A stretch of 64,000 nt of DNA. It comes from Paraspadella gotoi. Lineage: Eukaryota; Animalia; Chaetognatha. Shown here piece after piece: positions 56,379 through 64,000 of this stretch (its first letter is position 1; the number at the start of each line of letters is the position of its first letter). The notes beneath the pieces are model-generated. The model had not been told where the DNA came from. It saw only the letters and a program-made list of their open reading frames with translations, and ran no database searches. The stretch covers positions 4,032,420 to 4,096,419 of the forward strand of contig CM119266.1 in NCBI GenBank assembly GCA_051294375.1, in the 5' to 3' direction. The translations under genes were made by a program, and so were the position numbers.

Positions 56379-57385
56379 GTTAGTACATTTTAAAATATTT
56401 TGGGGCGATTTTTTAAGTTGGCGCTATAAGTTCTTTATTTCGGTCGGTCTGTCTATCTGTTTATATATGATATATTATTATGCCGTTATTTGTTTTACTT
56501 TATTGGTCTTTTACTCTCTTTTCTGAAGTTATCCTGAAATTTTTCTAAAAATACTGATATTATAATGAACTTCCCTCTCTTAACTTAGCAATTTTGGCCA
56601 TTTGTTAACTAGCATTCAATATTTTAAACATCTTAACTTGGTCATCACTTTTTTTTACGTTTTACGTTTGACGTATTTTGTCACGTCAATAACTTTCAGT
56701 ACCATTTTTTCCGTTACTATTCTTTCCATATCTTACTTAACGTTAACCGCCGATGAACCTCGAAATCGCGAGAAGAACAGAATTTAAGTCTCAACATTTT
56801 TTTCCTAAAAAATATTTTAAAAAATTCAAATCGAGGCGCGGTCCAAACCGTCACGTAGTAAGCGGTGACGTTTTTCGACTCACGTGTTTCGATTCCCGGC
56901 GAAGAAAAAAGTCTTAATCCAAACTACGGAACTATTTTCTTGGCAAGAAGCGTTCCTCTCGAGTTTAAAAGTCACAGACTTAATTTTTTTCTTGATTAAA
57001 TCAGTTTAGAAAAAAATTAGATAACGGATAGAAAAAGGGGGGACGCATTTCTTGGCCCCCTTCATCTTAAAAAGAAGATAAGCTCCTTTTTATTCTTTGA
57101 TTTAAATTAAAAAATAATTTTTTTTATAAATATATTTTTTTTCATATAAAAACGACATTAATTTAATATATTTTTTCTCTCTTTCCACCCGGAATTGTTT
57201 TAATGTTTTTTTAATTTTTTTTTGTTTTTTATTCTTTTACCTTTCGCCACAAACTTTTTCAAGCAAGATCAAATTACTAATAAATAAACGTCAGATTTCA
57301 CAAGTTGAGATCTGTGAAAAAGACCAGGAAAGTTCGAAAATGAATATCACCCATTGTCCCCCTTCCTTTTTTTTCTTTTTTTTTC

Positions 57386-57489
<104 letters not shown>

Positions 57490-58018
57490 GTTGCATCTGC
57501 ATTGACTCGAAAAACGTTTCCTGCTGATTTTTTTCTCTGTCGCTTGAGGACCAACTCCGCCTTTTTTGTTGTCGTCATCGTCGTCGTCATCGACCTCGTA
57601 AAAGTATGTGGTTCTCTAACGAGTCTGTCCCCTCGCGATACCCAAACGTGAGGCATTTGACCCGGGTCGCTTAGGAACCGTTGGGAGCGAGAACCGAACC
57701 CGGGACCCGCGGATGGAATTGAACCAAGAGAGTAAAAGAGACCCAATGTCGCTTCTATCTGACGAATCAATTCTGACAGAAGGAGAGACACATCACTCAT
57801 TAGATTAAGATTAAAATTAAGATTAAGATTAAGATTAGAAAGAACCTCAACTAAATTTCAGACTAAAATACTTTTCTGAATTAAAGATTTCAACGATGGA
57901 ATTTCTTTAAGATAATAATATTATTATATTTATATATATATAATTAACTGCGATTTGGAATAATTTCTCCAAAAAACGGAAACCGTCATTATTTTCACCC
58001 GAACCCTTTTCAATTAAC

Positions 58019-58105
58019 TGCCGTTCGCCGTCCGCCGCTCGCCATCCGCCTCTCGCCGTCCGTCTCTCGCCGCTCGTCGCCCGCCGCTCGCCGCTCGCCG
58101 CCGCC
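58019..58105 (+). repeat. GC-rich 7-bp degenerate repeat (CGCCGCT/CGCCGTC) in hedgehog intron
   Basis: Direct reading. Confidence 0.75.
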
Positions 58106-58766
58106 AAACAAAAAACCGTAAAACGCGTGTGACGAAAAAATGAGATTTTGTCGATTTTGAAATTCTTGACGTCTTTTGTTGTTGATGCCGACGCAAAAGA
58201 TTTTGGGAGAAAAAATAACGAAAAAGAACAAAAAGAGAACAACTTTTTTCTTCTGAGTTTTGATTTAAAAAAACAATAAATTGTTAAATAAAAAAGAAGT
58301 AAGTATAGATAGATGCCTTTTTACCCTTTTATTTATGTTTTTTTAGTTCAAAAGGTAAAATAAAAAATAGAATTAAATAAAGAATTTTTTTAAAGAAAGA
58401 AAAAAGGATTTTCGTTCGAATCCGACTTAATATCTAAATTTTCTTTTCTTTCTTTTATTTTTCTTTTATTTTTCTTCTTTTTTTGTTTCCATCAAATATT
58501 TTCTTTTTCTTTTTTTTCGTTTCTTTTCTTCTTTGATCACGAAATTTTCGCGAGAATCGAAAAATGACAAAAATGACGCGGATTTTTAGGGATGACAGAG
58601 AGCGAGAGAGAGAGAGACAGAGACGGAGATGATGACAGAATCGCTGACGTAGACGGAGATCGACGATGACAAAGAATTAAAAAACCTTAAATAGTAATCG
58701 TAATGACGAAATGGTTTTTAGGTGAGAAATAAACACATCAAAAAATTGATGATTGTTTGTTTGACA

Positions 58767-58901
<135 letters not shown>

Positions 58902-59035
58902 ACCACTCCTTTCCCCTTTTTTCTCATTTCCTAGTCTCATGTCGCAACAAAGTTCAAAAAATAAAATCGGCCTTATTTTCCAAGAACGCCCAATTTTATC
59001 TTAAATTCGAAATTATATTAATTTTATCAGTTAAA

Positions 59036-59240
59036 GATTAGGTTAAAGGTTAAGGCTAAGGATTAAATTAGTAAATAGAGTTAATTATTAGGGTTAGAGA
59101 CAAGGATTTAAGGTTAAGGGTTACGGATTGAAATTAAGCGTAAGCATATCAGGTTAGGGTTTAGAATTAGAGTTTGAGAATAGGTTTAGGAATTTGTGTT
59201 AAGGATTAGGTTATAAATTTAAAAATATATTAAGGTTAAA
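59036..59240 (+). repeat. Degenerate TTAGGG/TTAAGG-like repeat
   Basis: Recurrent ggttaagg, ttagggttag and gttagggt units. Confidence 0.55.
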
Positions 59241-59598
59241 TACTAGGCATCATGAATTCCTTTCTTTTCGTTGTGTTTATTAACTAGTAGAAGACGTTTA
59301 CAACAACAATTTTTTATTGTATCGAATGTATATGTTTTGGCTCTATACAAGCCTTTTAAACGTCTTCTACTAAGGTTAAATACTAAAATTAAAATTAAAT
59401 TCCGGAATAAAACAACAGAAATGGGGCGCTTCTGGAAAATAAGGCCCAAAAATAAAATGGGCGAAAAATAAGGCCCAAGGAATCCAATAAACACCTTCCA
59501 ACCTATTTCATTCATTTTCCTTTTCTTTACTTTCTTTTTCCTTTATATTTTTTACGCATCACGGCGGGGTCTCTTTCCCTTACCCAATGTCTCAAATG

Positions 59599-59717
<119 letters not shown>

Positions 59718-60259
59718 GGTTCCACTTCAACCAATTTTCGTTTGTCGCAAAGATGAGAAAAAAGTCTCATCAACTTGTTCCGCCGCCGCCGCCGTCGCCG
59801 CCATCTCAGCAGCATCCGCGCTGCCGCAGCAGCATGCAGCAGCCTCCGTCCCCCTCACGTTTTTTTTCTTTTCTCGCGTCACGTAAAACAATTAATCGTA
59901 ACAAAAGACTTAATATATTTTCTTTTATTTTCTTTTTTTTTCGTCTTTTGATTTGAAAAGAAAATCGAGAATTCGTCGGGAAGATGAAAAGAGGTGAGAG
60001 AGGGCGAGAGGATGGGCGAGAGGACGAGCCGAGAGGTCAGAGGACGAGCGATAGGGGCAAAAAGACAGACGAACGAGAAGAAGGCCAAACGGGAGAGAGA
60101 ATGGAGAAGGGGCAAGATGTTGGGTGGAAGAACGGGCAAGAGAACGGGCTAGGAGAACAAGGAGAGGAGAGGAGAACGGATGAAAGGACGGGAAAAAGGA
60201 CAGGGAACGGACGAAAGAACGGGCAAGAGGATCGGGAGAAAACGAACTTTTTGAATCTT

Positions 60260-60376
60260 TGCATCACGAAACGGGTCCTTGGATTGGAAAGTCTCTGTGG
60301 GCCGACCACGTCCTTAAGTCGGTTGGGATTCGAACCCCGGACCCCGGACCCCCATCCCCCATCTTTTACTTCCGTA
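60260..60376 (-). mobile_element. tRNA-derived SINE-like fragment
   Basis: Minus strand GGTCCGGGGTTCGAATCCC B-box (~60344-60326). Confidence 0.35.
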
Positions 60377-60609
60377 GTAATTGACAACTCTTCGGTTCCA
60401 ACTTCTTAGCTTTAAAAAGTCTAAAATCGATCGTCGTCGTTGTTGTTGTTGTTCTTGTTGTTTACAGTTCTAAGTAGTGTATCAAGATGGATTCAGATTT
60501 TCAAANNNNNNNNNNCTATGTCTGTATATTACTAACTTTTGGGTCTATTCTAAGTCATCATCTGCCTCGTTTCCGTTTTAGAGTCGTCATATTTTTTGGT
60601 GACCCTTGT

Positions 60610-60642
<33 letters not shown>

Positions 60643-61069
60643 TTATATAATTTAAAGGAAGCGGTTGACTCAGGGAATCAGGGGTAGGACGGGGTGGAGG
60701 AGGAGGAGGAGGAAGAGAAGGAGGAGGAGGAAGAGGAGGAAGAGGAGGAGGAAATAGGCTCACCCGGGGGGCGGGGACAGTCGCTGTCCCTCCCGCCGAG
60801 GATGGAACTTTGTCACTTGGGTGACAGAGTCAAAGGAAAAAAAAAGGAAAAAAAAAGAAAAACAAAAGAGAAAAACAAATTTAAAGAGAAAAAAAAAAGA
60901 AAAAAGAAAAAAAAAGTAAAAACAAAAGAAAAAAAAGGGGAAAAAATCGGGTGAAAAAATTTAAAGGAAATAAAAAGAATTCAACTGAAGATTTTGAGTC
61001 AAAATCGTGATTTTTTTGTCACTCTCCTTCACGCCCGTTGGAGGAAGTGGTGACTGATTAAGTTTTTGA

Positions 61070-61290
61070 GGTGAGTGAATGAGTGAATGAATGGGTTAAT
61101 GAATTAGTCAATGAGTTTGTGAATGAATGGCTGAATTAGTGAATGAGTTATTTAGTGAGTGAGTGAATTTGTAAGTCAATATGTGATTGAATGAACGAGA
61201 TATCAAATTAGTAAGTGAATGAGTGAGTGAATGAGTAATTGAAAGACTCGGTAAGTCAATGAATGAATGTGAATGTGTGATTGAATTAGC
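61070..61290 (+). repeat. Degenerate (GAAT/GAGT)n tetranucleotide repeat
   Basis: Direct reading. Confidence 0.75.
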
Positions 61291-62077
61291 GAGGTCCTCG
61301 AAAATGGGTTTTTGCGGTGAAGGAAGTGAAGGAAGTTACTTTGAGGACTTTTTTCCTTTATCGTCGTAGCGCCTTGTAGATAACGACGACGACGACGACG
61401 ACGACGACAACGGCGACGGCGACGAAAATCAATCGGCAGCCAAATCTTCGATTATTCGTAAAAACCTGAAGAAGTTTGAGGAATTTTTCTTATCCAACGT
61501 CGATCGGTGAGAGAGTTTTTTTTTAGTTTCGCCGCGAGCACTCGCGGAGAAAAAACTCTCTCGTGTTACTTTTCGGTCGGTCGGTCCATCTCTCTGTTCA
61601 CTAACCTATAAATATGCTCATAGGTTGTGTAGTTATATTTGGTGGAGGGGTTGTGTACCACCCGACGCTTGTAATGCATTTTGTTAACTTAACAAAACAT
61701 AATAATTTATTAGCTTAATAAAAGAATCAATACGTCGCAACAAAATAAAATTCTTTCTGTTTTTCCTTTTTTTTTCTGTCGCTCGAATTTCTAAAACCGT
61801 GACTTTGCAAGAAAATTTACAAACGCGAAAAAAAAAGGAAAGAAATGAAAAAAAAAGAAAAGAAAAAAGAAAGAAAGAAATCCTGAAAAATCGTGAGACG
61901 ATTTAAGGCGTAAATAATCTGCACCCCCCTCTACACCCCCCTGTACACCCCCCTTTAGACCTCCACCCCTCAACACCCCCCCTCCTTTCCAGTCACCCAG
62001 AAATAAAAATAAAGTGAATAACTAAATCAGTCATAAAATTCACAAAACGCGTCGTGTTTGACAAATTCTTAAAAGAA

Positions 62078-62163
<86 letters not shown>

Positions 62164-62499
62164 CCACGCCTTGGAATCCCCAAAAAGTCTCTTTCTCTCT
62201 CCGTTATTATTTCCATTGGACGCAATCGCGGCACAACATTTGCAAATATTTCGTCTTTTCAGATCTGAGTCAATAACGAGGTTGTCCCCCCCTGTTTGGT
62301 TCTGGGATTAATGGGAGAAAAGGGAGAGAGAGAGAGAGAGAGNNNNNNNNNNNNNNNNNNNNNNNNNNNNNNNNNNNNNNNNNNNNNNNNNNNNNNNNNN
62401 NNNNNNNNNNNNNNNNNNNNNNNNNNNNNNNNNNNNNNNNNNNNNNNNNNNNNNNNNNNNNNNNNNNNNNNNNNNNNNNNNNNNNNNNNNNNNNNNNNN

Positions 62500-62533
<34 letters not shown>

Positions 62534-62764
62534 AGAAAGGGTGACTCGATCTCTTTTTGCCTTCGGAGCAACTGAGACACTCGATAGGTAAAAGGTAAAG
62601 CGTTAGTGAGAGCGACCAAAAAGTAGGGGCGAGACTGACCAAAAGGTGAGGCCAAAATGTCAGGCCAAAAGTGAAACAAAGAATGTCTGATAGAGGTCAG
62701 GGTTCGATGCTGTACGGCATCGGAAAATTATTATTGTAAAGGTGAGAAAAGGAAATGATTTAAG

Positions 62765-62803
<39 letters not shown>

Positions 62804-62874
62804 NNNNNNNNNNNNNNNNNNNNNNNNNNNNNNNNNNNNNNNNNNNNNNNNNNNNNNNNNNNNNNNNNNNNNNN

Positions 62875-62976
62875 GGAGAGAAGAAGAAACGTCGCATTGC
62901 GAGATAAAAACGTACGGTCTCACCGTAGACGCACAGCAGAGGAGAGAGAGGAGCAGGACGAGTAAGATGAAGAGAT

Positions 62977-63016
<40 letters not shown>

Positions 63017-63730
63017 GACATCCCACCTCCTAACTCTTTCTTCTTCTGTCACAAGAAGAAAGGTTTACATTAATTATCTTCGTTTGTGAAACAAAAGCCG
63101 ACAATTTTTTTCTTTTTTCTTTTTTTTTGAGAGAGGCGCGCGATTCTATTCTTTCTTTTTTTTCATTTTTTCTTTTTTGATAAAGACGTTTTTATCCAGT
63201 CTATCCAGTATCCAGTCGATTCAGTATCGAGTCTATCCAGTCTATTGTCTTTCTCCTTATCANNNNNNNNNNNNNNNNNNNNNNNNNGGAGAACGTCGCG
63301 TCTCGGAAGTCAAAAAACGTCGCAGACTCCCTAGACGAAGCAGAGAGAGAGAGCGCTATTAGAAGGAGAGAATGAGATCACGAGACGAGAGAGAGAGGAG
63401 AGGACGGTACCGATGACAGGAGAACGGAAGAGAGAGAGAGACTATGACATCTATCCCTCTTCCTAACTCTTTCTTCTCTCTGCTCACCTAAGAAGAAAGT
63501 AGGTTTACATTATATCTATCTGTTGGTGAAACAATAAGGCGCGAATTTTTTTCTTTGGTTTTTTTTTTTAGAGAGACCGCGCGCGATTTCATTCAATTCT
63601 TTCTATTTTTGATTTTTTCGTTTTTGATAAAGACGTTGTTATCCGAGTCATACTCTCAACGTATCGCAGTCGAGTATCTCAAGTATTCGCAGTCTATCCA
63701 GTTCTAATTGTCTTTTCCTCCTTATAAATG
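62875..63730 (+). repeat. ~0.4-kb noisy tandem duplication (62875-63262 vs 63288-63730), probable assembly artefact
   Basis: Colinear indel-noisy copies either side of a short N spacer. Confidence 0.75.
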
Positions 63731-64000
63731 TTTTTTAAAGTATTTCTTATCCCCACTCCCCTCATTTAAAAAATCACTCTCATCTACTTCTCGTCGTTGC
63801 TCTCTCTCCTCGATCTCTTCTCTCTCTCTCTTCTCTCTCTACCATCTCTCTCGCTCTCTCTCTCTCTCTCTCTTCTCTGCTTCTTTCTCTCTCTCTCTCT
63901 CTCTCCTCTTCTCTCTCTCTCTCTCGTCTCTCTCTCTCTACTCTTCTTCCTCTAATTATGACTTATTCCTTCCCGTCTCCGTAAAGTCAATATCAAAAAA

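Overview
Eukaryotic (invertebrate metazoan-like) draft genomic scaffold with two very different halves. Left half (~0.3-31.5 kb) is gene-dense. Five genes lie in tandem on the minus strand: ALDH3 family (intronless CDS), ZDHHC6 (intronless CDS), ABHD16A/BAT5, a kinase-less TRPM1/3/6/7-group channel, and NHE8/SLC9A8. NHE8 carries two complete multi-exon antisense genes nested in its two large introns: an Ig-superfamily type I membrane protein and a CRT-like (PfCRT/CLT family) transporter. Each nested gene is preceded by a copy of the same tRNA-like repeat. Right half (~32-64 kb) is gene-poor, rich in (CT/GA)n and (GAC)n repeats and full of gaps, and contains exon 1 of a hedgehog gene (+). It also holds a Penelope-type minimal hammerhead ribozyme motif, a TRIM-like mini LTR element, CTCF-like motifs, an orphan NF-Y/CDE/CHR cell-cycle-type promoter, and several noisy tandem duplications that look like long-read gap-filling artefacts. 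Exon boundaries were read by eye and no database searches were run.
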